DNA from: Lama glama
Lineage: Eukaryota
Length of the DNA stretch: 64,000 nucleotides
Assembly (NCBI GenBank): GCA_028534125.1
Contig: CM052816.1
Coordinates: forward strand, 7,132,001 to 7,196,000
Direction: 5' to 3'
Shown: positions 1 through 11,982 of the stretch, one piece after another
Layout: the number at the start of each line of letters is the position of its first letter
How positions within the stretch are numbered: position 1 is the stretch's first letter
Notes under the pieces: generated by a model
Told to the model about the DNA's origin: nothing
The model's database searches: none
The model's input: only the letters and a program-made list of their open reading frames with translations
Made by a program: the position numbers and the translations under genes

Positions 1-219
1 CCCATGAGGGCTGGCCGACCCCAACTCCTTCATGTAACCGATGGGGAAACCGAGGCCTGTGATGGGCAGGACCCAGCCAGTCCGTGGTGAAGCCAGGCCT
101 GAGACCTGTCAGGGGCCTCCTGTCTGTATTCTGTTGTCTCAGCGAGACCCATTCCACATATTCCTGTGTGCCACTAGGGGGCTTTAAAAGGGCACGGCCC
201 TTTAGGGGTGCAGTTTTGC

Positions 220-720
220 AAAATCTATGCTACATTTGAAACATGCCAATCTGTTGCCCCACAGTTTTCATCCTATGAATTCATGGTATAGGCATATTTT
301 CACAAGTTTCCTAAGATGCGTTCAAATATGTTTACTATAGCGCTGTTGTGATAATAGTGAGAAATCGGAAGCAATCTCAGTACCCTTCAGTGGGAGATTG
401 AGATGTGTGGGTCATCCACAGTGGGGAATATGGGGTAGCTGTTAAAAAAAAGAATGAAGTAAGTCTATATGTACTGAGATGGCAGGACATCCTGGACATT
501 GGAAAGTGAAGTACAGTAAGACCCGTCTACATAGTATGATGCCACTCGGGAAATTACTTCCCATTTGTCCATCAGAGAAAGACTGGGCAGGGGCCCTGCT
601 GTTCACAGTGATCCTGAGAGGTAGGAAATAGTAGGGGGCCCCTTACAGTTTTAAATTTTATTCAGAAATGTTTGTTCCCCCCCTTTTTTAAATGGTATGT
701 CTGTATTACTTCTGCAACTA
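220..720 (+). mobile_element. Old, degraded L1 (L1M-type) 3' region in ATOX1 intron
   Basis: Degenerate L1 3' motifs (gtttactatagcgctgttgtgataatagtgagaaatcggaagcaatct; gctgttaaaaaaaagaatgaagtaagtctatatgtactga). Boundaries approximate. Confidence 0.6.
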
Positions 721-753
721 AGAAAGAAACTTAACAGAAGCCCTGGTCTAGAG

Positions 754-948
754 CAGGGATGGGCAAACTACAGCTCCTGGGCCCAGTCTAGCCCACAGCC
801 TGTTTTTGGGCAGCGGAGAGTGGTCTCTTACATTTTTATACGGTTGTAAAGACAACACACAGAAGACTATGCAGCAGAGTTCGTGCAGCCCACCGTGCCT
901 AGAACATACGCTCTCTGGTCCTTTTCAGGAGAAGTTTGCTGATCCCTG
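754..948. mobile_element. MER58A-like hAT-Charlie MITE with 8-bp target-site duplication
   Basis: Terminal inverted repeats cagggatgggcaaact...agtttgctgatccctg, flanked by identical gtctagag at 746-753 and 949-956. Confidence 0.8.
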
Positions 949-1040
949 GTCTAGAGGGAAGAGGAGGGTGGTTGTGAATAATTCAGGAGCCTGACTGGGA
1001 GCATCTCCCCCCTCCCCACCCCCACGTGCTCTTCCCGCAG

Positions 1041-1165
1041 GAGTTCAGTTTGACATTGACCTGCCCAACAAGAAGGTCTGCGTCGACTCCGAGCACAGCG
1101 TGGACACTCTGCTGGAGACCCTAGGGAAAACAGGAAAGGCTGTTTCCTACCTCGGCCCCAAGTAG
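1041..1165 (+). CDS. ATOX1: ATOX1 copper chaperone, last coding exon (codons 28-68 + TAG); earlier exons lie before the window
   Basis: Acceptor cttcccgcag ends at 1040. Phase-1 start gives (G)VQFDIDLPNKKVCVDSEHSVDTLLETLGKTGKAVSYLGPK*, the C-terminal part of the 68-aa HMA-domain protein. Exon continues to donor cag|gtgggt at 1209/1210. Confidence 0.97.
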
Positions 1166-1569
1166 TGAAGGCCCAGGCCCCTGGCTTGCAGGATGGACCA
1201 AAGCGGCAGGTGGGTGAGGCCCCGGCACCTCAACGAGGTATGTCATTACCAAACGCAAATGACAAGCTCAGGGGCTCCTTCCAGCCCCGCTGTGAGTAGA
1301 CAGAGCACTGCATGATGTCTCCCAGGGACCCCTCTATGACTTGGGGGTACATTTCATCAGCAGCAGGGTTTAAGTTTAGAGCATATGGCCTTGAGCAGTG
1401 TGGCTTTTGCTGTGCCAAGTTAACTGTCCCATCAGAGGTGACACGCCCTGGGTCTTGTGGTCCTGTGCAGTGACCAGGTAAGTTATTTCTCCTTGGCCTC
1501 TGTCCCCACCTGGAACCATTATCCACTTCTTGAGCATGCCCTCTGCCCAGACTGGTGCAAAAGCAACAG

Positions 1570-2125
1570 TGTGCTCAATTTGGTAGTTTCTCAAAAGCCA
1601 GCCATTCCTCTGCGAGGTATTTACCCAAGAGAAATGGAAAGCACGTGTCCATGTGAAGACCTGTACGTAAATACTGATAGCAGCTTTGCTTGTAATAGCC
1701 AAAAACTGAAAACAACCCAGTGTCCATCACCAGGTGAATAAACAAATTGTGGTACAGCCATACAGCTGAACACCATCATCCATGCATCTCACTTCTAGTG
1801 AGTGAAAGAAGCCAGGAAAAAAAGAGACTATACTGTATGAATAAAATTCTAAAAAGATGCAAAGTTATCTATTGCAACCAAAGCAGATCCGTGACTGCCT
1901 GATGATGTGGGGTGGCAAGGAGAGGCTGGAGGGAAGGATTACGAAGGGGCAGGAGGAAACTTTTGGGTTGGATATGTTCATTATCTCGAGTGGGGTGATG
2001 GTATGTGGATATATTCATTTCATAAGTTGCAAATTATCACACTTAAAATGTATCTGTGTATAGCATGTCAGTTACACCTCCAATAAAGCTGTTAAAAGTG
2101 AAAAACAACAAAAACAAAGAGGAAA
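1570..2125 (+). mobile_element. Old L1 (L1MB/ME-like) 3' end in the ATOX1 3'UTR intron
   Basis: cagccattcctctgcgaggtatttacccaagagaaatgg...aaaactgaaaacaacccagtgtccatca...tacacctccaataaagctgttaaaa, then A-rich tail. Confidence 0.8.
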
Positions 2126-3264
2126 AAACAGCAGCGGGTTTAGCTGGATGTTCCCTTGGATTTTACACAATCCGGAAAGGCAAGTCAGTGGCACTGTGCC
2201 AGCACCCTTCACTGTGGAAGCAGGGCAGACTTGACTCACCCATCCAGTATTCCTTCCCTCTGTGCCCAGCCACAGCCTCAGGATCCTCCACAGCACAGCC
2301 CTCCTACCCCATATAGTGCGTTTCATGCATGAATTACAATCGCCACATCTCTGATGCTATTCAGTACTCTCACCGTAATTGAGAGAAAGGAGGCCCGGAG
2401 AGAGACAGTGTCTGGACCAAAGCCCCACACAGATGAATAGCAGGGGCAGGGTGAGAGTCCGGCCTCTTGAATTGGAGCTCTATAGTGGCTGGTAGCATTG
2501 TCCCTGTGCATGGTCCTCAGCTCCCCAGGCAGAGGCCTGCTACAACTGACAATGACCTGCAGGTACAGCCTCTTTCCTAAAGATGTGCATTCGAATCTGA
2601 GCCGTGGGAGTGTCCTATGTATCTGGTGACATCATGTGCAAATCATGAGATGTCAGGTATGTCTGGCTCCCTGGTCCCCTTTCTGCCCATGGATACAACC
2701 ATGTTTGGGAATGATCCTGGGATGAATAAGCAGTATGCTAGGATTCTAATTTTAGCTCTGCCCTCATTTCAGACTGTGACTTTGGACACTTTTATTCCTG
2801 AGACTCAGTCCTCCCATCTGTAAAATGGAGCTACAGCCTCTACCCTGCTTTCCTGCCTTGTGGGGGTGACTGTGAAATCCCTCTGAAGATGAAGGATTAC
2901 CCTTAAAGGGAGAATAATGTTTCCACCATACCGGTGTTCATCACATGGTTTCTGCATCCCTAGGTTTTTTGGGGGGGGTGGGTGGGAGGGACTCTGGGCC
3001 CTTCCATCTGTCCCAAGTAGCTCTGTTTTATATTGGGCCTCCATGCAATATTATGTTTATAAAGGTCTCTGTGACATGGAGGGTGGAGGGAGGGAAGAGG
3101 AAAAACTTCCTCAGCTGGCTCCACACATAGGGGACCCCCAGTGTGGACACCCTGAATTGGAAACTCCTGGCCTTAGCATGTGAATTTTGTTGAACTGAAA
3201 CAGTAATAACCTGCCAGTTGCAAACCATGCATAGTTTAATGTGTGTTTTGCTCATAGTGTGTTT

Positions 3265-3630
3265 TTTTAATTGAGATGAAATTCACATAACATGCAGTTA
3301 ACCATTTTAAAGTGTACCATTCATTGGCACTTCGTGTATTCAGTGTTGTGCAATTACTACTTCTCTCTAGTTGCAAAACTTCTCATCACCCTAGAAAAAC
3401 TTTCTGTATACATTTAAGCAGTCACTCCCACTGCCCCCTCTCTCCATCCCCTGGCCATCACTAATCTGCTTTCTGCCCCCTCTGGACTCACCTATTCCGG
3501 ATGTCTCACATAAAAGGAATCATTGTGTGACCTTTGGTGCCTGGCTTCTTTCACTCAGCATAATGTTTTCAAGATTCACCCAAACTTAACATGTATCAGC
3601 ACTTCATTCCTTTCTATAGCTGGGTAGTTC
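3265..3630 (-). mobile_element. Old L1 3' end, antisense
   Basis: ttgagatgaaattcacataacat...ccattttaaagtgtac...ctggcttctttcactcagcataatgttttcaagattcacc, the reverse complement of an L1M 3' UTR. Confidence 0.8.
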
Positions 3631-4370
3631 TCATAGAACCGACTTATTTTAGCTTTTTTTGTTATAGGCAGTTTCAAACCTATGCAAGTAGGGTAGTAAA
3701 ATGAATCTCCATGTACCCACCACCCACATCCAACTGTCATCAAGTCACTGCCATCATTTCCTCTATGGCCTGCTGTCCCCACCCCCTGTAACTTCACAGC
3801 AGATTGCAGCATCACAGAATTTCATGTGTGCATCTGTCAGTAACCGTGCGTAGTACGGAAAGGCTCCCAGAGATGCAGATACTCTGCACTGGGTGAGACT
3901 CACTCGCTGATCAAACAAGCTTTACCCTGCACACCAGGCAGCCTGTCTCTGAGTCTGTTTTATGAGGCTTCCCTGATTTTGATGACTGATTTGAAGCCAG
4001 GTTTGGGCACCAAAGATAGAACGTTTACTGGTTATGAACTCTTGATCATCTGGCTCTGGGCAGAGATGTTTACTCGTGATTTTGTTCGCTCCCTTCCCAG
4101 TATAAATTGAAACAGACCAGGGCAGCTGTCCCAGCAGCCCTGGGAGTTTCCCAGAAGAGGGCCTCGGCGGTCATCGGCTTAGCAAGGCCAAGGGGACCCG
4201 GGCAAACTGATATAATAGTCTTGTCTGGAGCAGCGTGCTGGGCTGGACGTGGGGTTCTCATCCTGCTCCAGCACCGAGCTTTCCCACCTCACCCCTACTA
4301 GTGAACCTTTACTGCTCTTGTAATGTCTCCATGTGCACAGCAGATGGCGCCTATGTTCCACCTCTTTCAG

Positions 4371-4507
4371 GACGCTGACCCTCTCCTGCCTTCCAGACAG
4401 ATCCAGGATCTGGCAGTCCTGCTCAGCGATGGGAGTTCCTGCAGAGACCCTCGCTCACCCTGCTGCTCTGTAGTTCCCCTGCAATAAAGTCAAGCTGCTT
4501 TCACTGG
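4371..4507 (+). other. ATOX1: ATOX1 final non-coding (3'UTR) exon
   Basis: Acceptor cctctttcag at 4361-4370; resembles the ATOX1 mRNA 3' end as recalled (ttccagacag...cctgcaataaa.tcaagctgcttt); GU-rich tract from ~4511. End approximate. Confidence 0.85.
4483..4488 (+). terminator. ATOX1: ATOX1 polyadenylation signal AATAAA
   Basis: gcAATAAAgt followed by U/GU-rich downstream element tgtctcttgcgtgttcttattgtc. Confidence 0.85.
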
Positions 4508-5205
4508 AGATGTCTCTTGCGTGTTCTTATTGTCACTGGTTTATTTGCTGTGCTCACATGTTGCTGTGAGGGAGATAATTTCAATGCTTTTTTAGGTTGG
4601 AGTTCTAAGAGCTCCGAATTGGGCGTTAGAGGCCCGGTGGATTCTGACTCTTTGCTGTCTGATCTTTTGCAAGTCACTTCCCCTCTCTGGGCCTCACTTT
4701 TCCTCATCTATAAAGTAAAGGTGTTGGGTCAGATTGGTGATCCTTTTTCTTTTCACTATTTTCTTGGACTCTACATTTTGGAAAACTTTCTTCTGTCAAG
4801 TGAATTGCATTTAAGGGATGTAAAATCTTAAGGCAGTTAGAACACAAGGAAGAGGCAGTGAAGGCAGACTGCCTGGGATAGAGTCCAAGCTCCATACTGC
4901 AAAGCTGTCCACTTGACTGCTCCGTGTCCACGGGCATAGAAGTTGTACCAGCAAATGGTGGGGACTGCATGAGGCGGCACAGGTAAATCACTCAGAGCAG
5001 TGCCGGCCAGTTAGACACCACCCAGTGGACATTCGCTATTCACGTATATTTTGTGTGTGTATTTAATTAATCAAAGATCTGTAGAAATGGCAGAGTTCCA
5101 CTCAGCCTAAAAGTCAGTGTCTCACAGAGTTGATTCAGTTATATCAGAACAGCAGGAATGTTTTAGTTTGTGTAGCTTTTTGTTTAAAAAATACTCCTTT
5201 AAACC

Positions 5206-5513
5206 AGTGGCTCTCAAACTTTTTCACTTTAGGATCCTTTTCTACTCTTAAAGAATTACTGAGTATCTCCAAGAGCTTATGGTTATGTGGGTTATGCCAT
5301 ATTAGAAATTAAAACAGGAATTTTTGAAACACAAGAATACACAAGCACATATCCCAGTAGCCATCAGGACGAGATGAGGTCATTGTGCAGCATTTAGATT
5401 CTGGAAACTTCACTGCATGATTGTAAGGGAAAGAAAAAGGCATCTTACAGGAAAAGTTTTGACGTTGTGTACCTTCTGAAAGGTCTCGGGGACCACACGT
5501 TGAGAATTGCTGC
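5206..5513. mobile_element. hAT-Charlie-type non-autonomous DNA transposon
   Basis: Ends cagtggctctcaaact...cgttgagaattgctg; interior resembles the reverse complement of the element at ~21980-22335. Confidence 0.6.
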
Positions 5514-7114
5514 TCTGACCATCTGCTGGGCAGTGACTGGGGACAAGCCCTGCTAGAGCTGGGATGAGACCTGACCCTGGCCTTGGCCACCTGTGACCTC
5601 AGGGACCAGTCACCTCATCTTTTCCAGAGGTGGTTTCCTCATACGTACAATGCACAACGCTTGCACCTCAGGGGCCTTAAGGAAGATTTTGTTTCCACTC
5701 TAAACTGTGTGCTGGCAAAATTTGGGTCCCGATATGAGAGTGTTAAAACAAGTCTCAGCCATTTCTACCTCTGTGGTCCCTTGGGGGCACAGGGACTCTC
5801 CCAACCCTCCTGGTATCTGGGCTTCTTGGCCACAAGATGGCAGTGTCCTTTGGATCTGACCGTCCGCGTAGCCAGTGAAGACCGTTTCTGTGGGCTCTGG
5901 GAGTCTGAACTTGAGTTTTTCCATTTTCAAGCTTCCCAAGAGACCTGGTTCAGGCTGGCTGGCCCACTGGGAACGCCCCAGGGTCGAGATGCTGGTTCCT
6001 CTTAGGGCGAGTGGTCCTTGAAGGAGTTCCTTTTCTTTGGCTCTTCTCTGTACCCCTACCCCCCCAGCCCTGCTGGAATCCAGGTTTCCAGGCAAGGTCC
6101 TGGGTTCTGTCCTTCGAGGCCCCCAAGGAGCTGAGGAAGCTCCCGCACCCACCAGCAGCCCAGCTGATGGAGCGAATGAGATCACACAGCACGGTGTGGG
6201 AGTGGGGAGCAGTTGTGCCCACAAGTTACCACGGTGCTTTCCCCAGTACCTGACCCAGCCCACCTTCCCAGCCTCTCCCGCCCTCCCCTCAGCCAGCCGC
6301 GCCTCCTGGGTCTCCCAGGTGCCATGCTTTTGTTCCTGATGCCCCCATAAGTGGAATGATCTCTGCCTGCCTCCCCACCACCTCGTCTCCTTGTACAAAT
6401 TCCTTTCCCTCCCTTGCATACCACAGCCTCCATGGAACCTCTCCACAACTGGAAGTAATTTATTTCTCCTCTTGGCTTCACAGCATTTATCCCACTAGCT
6501 TCAGTCTTGAGGCAGAGCTTCCTGTCCACGTGTCTGTCCTGTCCTCAAGAATCAGGCCACACAGAACGGGCACTGAGGGGCTATCTGATGGCTGTGTAAT
6601 GGCAGCCACTTGGGGGTTGTTCATTGTGCATCCTGCCCTTGCACTAATGTCATTCACCTTCATCCGGTCCCTGCAGACCAGGACAGACCCAGATACCTGG
6701 CAGGTGTGCAGGTGTTTATTGAGTTAATCATACAGAGGAGATCACCTTGTCTGATCCTTTTAGCAGGTTTACGTTTTTTCAAAGGTCCCTGGTGTGAGCA
6801 GCCTGGAGCCAACCCTGGGTCTCATTGTTCTTGGGACTGCTGGGGTGAACCTCCCACCACCTTTGCCTCTGTTGACCTCCCCACCCCATGGCCAAAGCCT
6901 TACCTTGTCCGGTGCTGACATCCCCACAGCTGGAGAGAAGCCACACTGGTCCCCAGGGAGCTGGAGGCAGAGCCTGGCGACTGGACTTGGGAGAGGGTCC
7001 ATCACTGTGACTGTGTGGACCGTGAAGGGAGCCTCTCCACTCTGCGTGAGCTTGAGCAAGTCACCTCCTGTCTCTGCCTCCTGTTAAATACAAGTTTTTG
7101 ATTTTTGAGTGTTT

Positions 7115-7560
7115 TTTAAACAGCTTTATTGAGGTATAATTTCATTCAATAAATGGCACACAATGTAAGCATATATGTAGTTTTAAAACATGCACATACA
7201 CACTCATGAAACCATCACCACAATCAAGAGAGTGGTGACATTTATCACCTCGAAAACTTTCTTTGGGACCCTTGATAATCCTTCCCACCCCTCCCTCCAC
7301 CCCCAAGCAACCATGGATCTGCTTTCTGTCAGTATCAATTAGTTTGCAGTTCCTAGACTTTTACATAAGTACAGTCATACAGAAAGTACTCACTTTTGTC
7401 GTTTTTTTCCACTCAGCACAATTACCTTGAAATTCACCCATGTTATAAAGGAATCAGTAGTTTGTTTCTTCCTCTCACTGAGTAGTATCCCATTGTACGG
7501 TTGTACCACAAGTGTCATTCATTTGACTGTTGGTGGACACTGGACTTGCTTGCCAATTTT
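7115..7560 (-). mobile_element. Old L1 3' end, antisense
   Basis: cagctttattgaggtataatt...catgaaaccatcaccacaatcaaga...tgagtagtatcccattgtacgg. Confidence 0.8.
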
Positions 7561-7815
7561 TTAAACTGCTCTCTGGTGCTGGCCAAGTTCCCCGAGGGCT
7601 CCAGAGGGCACAGGCTCACGTGCCAAACCAAGTCAGCTCAACGTATAGTTTTACCTACCAGGCTTCTTCCTACAGCCCAGAGGTATTAAGCCACGCTCTG
7701 GACTTCAGCAGATCTGGATTCAAAGTCCACCTCCACCACTTAATAACCACATGGCCTGAGGAAAGTAACTGATTCTTCTGTGCAACTCAGTTTCCTCATC
7801 TGTACCATGGGGATT

Positions 7816-7863
7816 GTAACATACCTACTGGTTACTGTGGTAACATACCTACTGGTTACTGTG
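7816..7863. repeat. Perfect 24-bp tandem duplication inside a MIR
   Basis: gtaacatacctactggttactgtg at 7816-7839 and 7840-7863; preceded by MIR core ctcagtttcctcatctgta. Confidence 0.95.
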
Positions 7864-7888
7864 AGACTTAAGATCATCACACGCCTAA

Positions 7889-8395
7889 TGCTGGATGGAG
7901 AAGAACAAATCTGACTCCATATTAGATCACTTCCTTTAGCTCTAAACCGGTGCTGTTTCCTGTGCTTAGTCATGCTGGTTCTGCACCTTCTGTAAAAGAA
8001 TGTTCCTATAGCCTGAAATAGACAGGATAGCTCATTTTCAAGCTTTGACCTTTAAGGGTATAACACTTTCCCATTCATAAAGAGACAAAATGTTGCAGAA
8101 CAGAGAATACCATTTGTCTTTTTGGAGGTTAACAGGAACATCATGACCTGATCTACATGGACAGCTGCAAGAACGAAGGATTTTGACACTAAGAAGTTTG
8201 CAACAACAAATCAATTTTTCGTATAAAAGGAGCCTGAATTCTGACTTGGGGATGATAATTCTCCAGGACATCAGTCTGCCATCTTCTTGGTCTGCTGGCT
8301 TTCTGAATAAAGTCGCTATTCCTTGCCCCAATACCTCATCTCCTGATTTATTGTCATGTCGTGCAGTGAGCAGAACGAGTTTGGACTGGATAACA
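7889..8395 (+). mobile_element. Solo endogenous retrovirus LTR (ERV1-like)
   Basis: ~507 bp, TG...TAACA termini, TATAAAA at 8222-8228 and AATAAA at 8306-8311 in U3-R-U5 order; no internal sequence. TSD not clear. Confidence 0.75.
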
Positions 8396-8416
8396 ATTCC
8401 ATACATAAGGCTCTTT

Positions 8417-8546
8417 CGGGGGGTGTAGTAGGGGGAGGTAATTAGATTTTTATTTACTTTTCATGGAGGTACTGGGGATTGAACCCAGGACCTTGTGCAT
8501 GTTAGGCATGCACTCTACCACAGAGCTATACCCTCCCCCCACCCCC
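8417..8546 (-). mobile_element. tRNA-derived SINE (camelid Vic-1-like)
   Basis: Reverse complement reads ggggagggtatagctctgtggtagagtgcatgcctaacatgcacaaggtcctgggttcaatccccagtacctcc (A and B boxes); near-TSD acataaggct (8403-8412) / acataaagct (8550-8559). Confidence 0.85.
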
Positions 8547-8959
8547 AACACATAAAGCTTTTTGAACAAATTTTCACAATGATACAATTTGAAGTTTGAC
8601 AGCTGGAATCTGAAAATCTGCAGCTGTAGGGCCTTTCAACCCTGTAGACAAGAAGTAAAAATGAACCTTCAAGCACTGCACTGTGTGGGAGGCGAGCGGG
8701 TGTTTGCTCCGGTCACAGCCCTCTCTGTGGCATTCTCCTTTAATTAGTACCAGTCTCTGAAAAAACCCGAGTCTGTAATTTCTGGGGAGTGTCCTGCAGG
8801 GCTGCTTTTAGATTTCTATGTCTTTAGGGACTGTGGCCACTTAGTTTAAGTGGACAAGCTTCCTAATCTGCTTCCTAAGAAGGAAAAGGTCTGCAAATCT
8901 CATGATTACCAGCTGGAGCCTTGAAAGAAAATACTGAAGCCTCTGGAAATAAGGATGCG

Positions 8960-8963
<4 letters not shown>

Positions 8964-9034
<71 letters not shown>

Positions 9035-9039
9035 TCTCT
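8964..9039. repeat. (CT)n microsatellite
   Basis: ~76 bp of ct repeats with one interruption. Confidence 0.97.
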
Positions 9040-11324
9040 GGTCTGCTTATCATGGGCTCCTAGCTTCCTAATCCTTCTGGAATCATAAATCCCCAGATAG
9101 CTAGAAGCAGGCTGGATCTTAGAGAAGAATGCAGGCTCTGCAGACAAACAGATAGATGGGTTCAGTGCCAGCCTGAACCAGGCTGTTTCCCAGCTGCGGG
9201 AATTTGGGCAGGTTGCTTCACTGTCCAGGATCTCAGTTTTCTCATCTGTAAAACAGGAATAATAACCACACCTTCTTCTCAGAGTGAAATTAGATGTTGC
9301 ATACACACAGAGGGGGCTCACTGTGGTTACTGTTAGCATCACTGCAGAATCTTGGGGAAGAAGACCTGGCTGGTCATCTTGCCCCGTGTCCACATCCCCT
9401 TCCTCTGATGGTGGCCCCCAGCCTTGGCCTGCACACCACCCCTAAGAGGGAGCACCCCGGGCAGCTGGCTCCACTCTGGAAAGCTCAGTGAGGGCGAGTT
9501 GTGGTGTCGAGCCCACCCTGACCTCCCTTGCTACTTCTCACGACCCAGGGCTGGGTTTGTCCTGACACACAGGGCATCGGTCTAGCCCTTCTGCTTGGCG
9601 GCCCCTCAGAGGCAGAACGCGCTCTCCCTCTCCCATCCCTACCAGCCTCCCTGGTCCAACCCTCAAGGAAGATCCCAAAGCACCCAACCCACCCCTCAGG
9701 GACAGAGCTGGAGCTCTCAGACCACTTGGTCACTAGCCTCTTCGTTGATGCCCTTTTGATAGTGGAAGCCAAGAGAACAGGAAAAGGCCAAGCAGTCCTG
9801 GCCCCCACTGCTCCTGTGCCCACTGCCTGGGTTCCTGGCTCCATGTGGAGGGAGCTGGACTGCGGCCAGAGAGCAGGTGGTCATCACACAGGGGAACCTG
9901 GGCAGGTTAGCAATCTCTGCTCATCTGGGAACAGTGGCTCCACCCCAGGTGGCACCTACCGCACAGGTGATGCTCAGAAAGCACCCAGCATGTGGCAGGT
10001 GCTCAGTCAATGCTGGTACTCCATTCTACACTTTGGGGACCACGTCCCTGAATCCTACAGCTCCGTAAAAAGACTGAGCCTGGCCGCTCAGGCCACATCC
10101 CACATCAGATCTGGCCCCTACCCTGCTCAGTCACTGCCCCTCCCAGGGTCCAATTTGGAAATCACCCTCCCTGAGGCAGCCGTTTGTGGGTATCTGACTC
10201 CTTTTTTTGGTCTAAACAGGAGCCGTGGTTCCCTCTATGTTCCTGGTAATTAGAGATGCCAGAAAAGCCATTAAGATGGTAGGGAGGGATGGACAGAGAG
10301 GTCAAAGACTAAGGTTGGGGGAGCAGCCTGGAGTCCCTAAGAGCTTCAAGTGCCCCTCCAGGGCAAAGAGACCAGCGCCTCAGACCCTCCCACCATCACC
10401 TCAGGCCTCCGCCTCTTCCTCAGACCAAATGCCTCCAGAAATGGCAGGGGCCGGGAGGGATTCTCGAAGATTAGAATTGGACAGATCTTTAGAAATAAAA
10501 AGTCCTACTGCCTCATTTGTTGGTGTTATTATATTACTAATGGAAGTCTCTAACTTATGATGATGATACAGAATAATTACAAACAATTAAAATAATCTTA
10601 TTTCTATCCGCTCCCCCGCCATCATAATCTCCACCTGACAAAGAAAGTCCTCTTCACTTTTTGGTGTCTGTCCTTCCAGATCCTTTTTAGGCTTATGTAA
10701 ACATACGTAAGTAAACATAACCGACAATACACCGTGGTGCCTCAAAAGCTCAAGCTCTGGAGTTCGGCGGTGTGGGTTTAAATCCCAGCTCCACGTCTGA
10801 CTGGCAAGTTATTTAATCCACTTGGGTCACTGTTTCCCCGTCAGTCAATTGGAGGCCATTGCCTTTACAACGTAGGGTGGTTCTGAGTATTAAACAAGAT
10901 AATCCATATACATCATTCAGCACAGTGACTGGTGTGGAGTAGACACTCAGTGAGCGCTTAAGCAAAGCTCTGATGCTCTGTAAGCTGCCTCTTTCACCAA
11001 ATAGTTCATGGACACATTTTCATCTCAAATGTATGTATTATCTATGGCTGCTTCTGCCCTGCATTGGCTGAGCTGAATAGCTGTAACAGGGGCCCTATGA
11101 CCCACAAAGCCTAAACTATTTACCACCTTGCCCTTTACAGAGAATTTTATCAATCCATGGTCTAGATCAGTAATTTCAAACCGTATTCTATGGAAACCTA
11201 AGGGTCCACACAGGTACCTCAGGGGAAAGAGGAGTAGGTGGTGGGGCTCTGGATCCCCAGTACTTGTCTATCAAGACTGATCCTCCTATTTGCTAAGATT
11301 AACTATTTGTTCTACTAAGTATAA

Positions 11325-11982
11325 GGGAGAAACTATACCAATTCTCTACAATCTCTCTCAGGGATAGACGCAGGGGGAATACTTCCTAATTCATACTATG
11401 AGGCCAGCTTTACCCTAATACCTAAACCAGACAAAGACATTACCAGAAAACAAAACTAGAGGCCAGTATCTCTTATGAACATAGACACAAAACTCCTCAA
11501 CAAAATATTAGCACGTCAAATCCAACAATGTATGAAAAGAATTATACACCACTGTAGGTATGCAACGCTAGTTCAACATTCGAGAATCAATTCATGTAAT
11601 CTATCACATCAATAGGCTAAAAAGAAAAATCACACGATCATATTGATAGGTACAGAAAACACATTTGACAAAATCCAACACCCATTCATGACAAAAACTC
11701 TCAGTAGCCTCACTTGATAAAGAATATCTACAAAAAAACCTACAGCAAACATCATACTCAGTGGTGAGAAACCTGAAGCTTCCCCACTGAGACCACGGGA
11801 ACACAATGTGAACACAATGCAGATACGTCCCCCCTCACCACTGTTGTCAACATTGTACTGGAAGTCCTTGTCATGCAATAAGGCGAGAAAAGAAAATAAA
11901 AGGTATACAGGTTGTGAAGGAAGAAATAAAACTGTCTTTGTTTGCAGATGACATGTTCGTCTGTGTAGAAGACCTAAAAGAA
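11325..11982 (+). mobile_element. L1 ORF2 reverse-transcriptase fragment (disrupted)
   Basis: Translates to [43 protein letters not shown] and [18 protein letters not shown] (FADD motif), with stops and frameshifts. Confidence 0.92.

Noticed and set aside
5700..6446. 248-aa minus-strand ORF
   Set aside because: G/R/W-rich, no recognisable domain, GC-rich region with open frames on both strands; chance ORF.
8465..8540. tRNA-like sequences with A/B boxes (also ~15830, ~19525, ~50030)
   Set aside because: Diverged copies with tails and TSDs: SINEs, not tRNA genes.
8841..9393. ORFs with ERERER repeats
   Set aside because: Translation of the (CT)n microsatellite.
9528..10253. 241-aa plus-strand ORF
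   Set aside because: Non-ATG start, runs through a MIR-like segment, no family resemblance.
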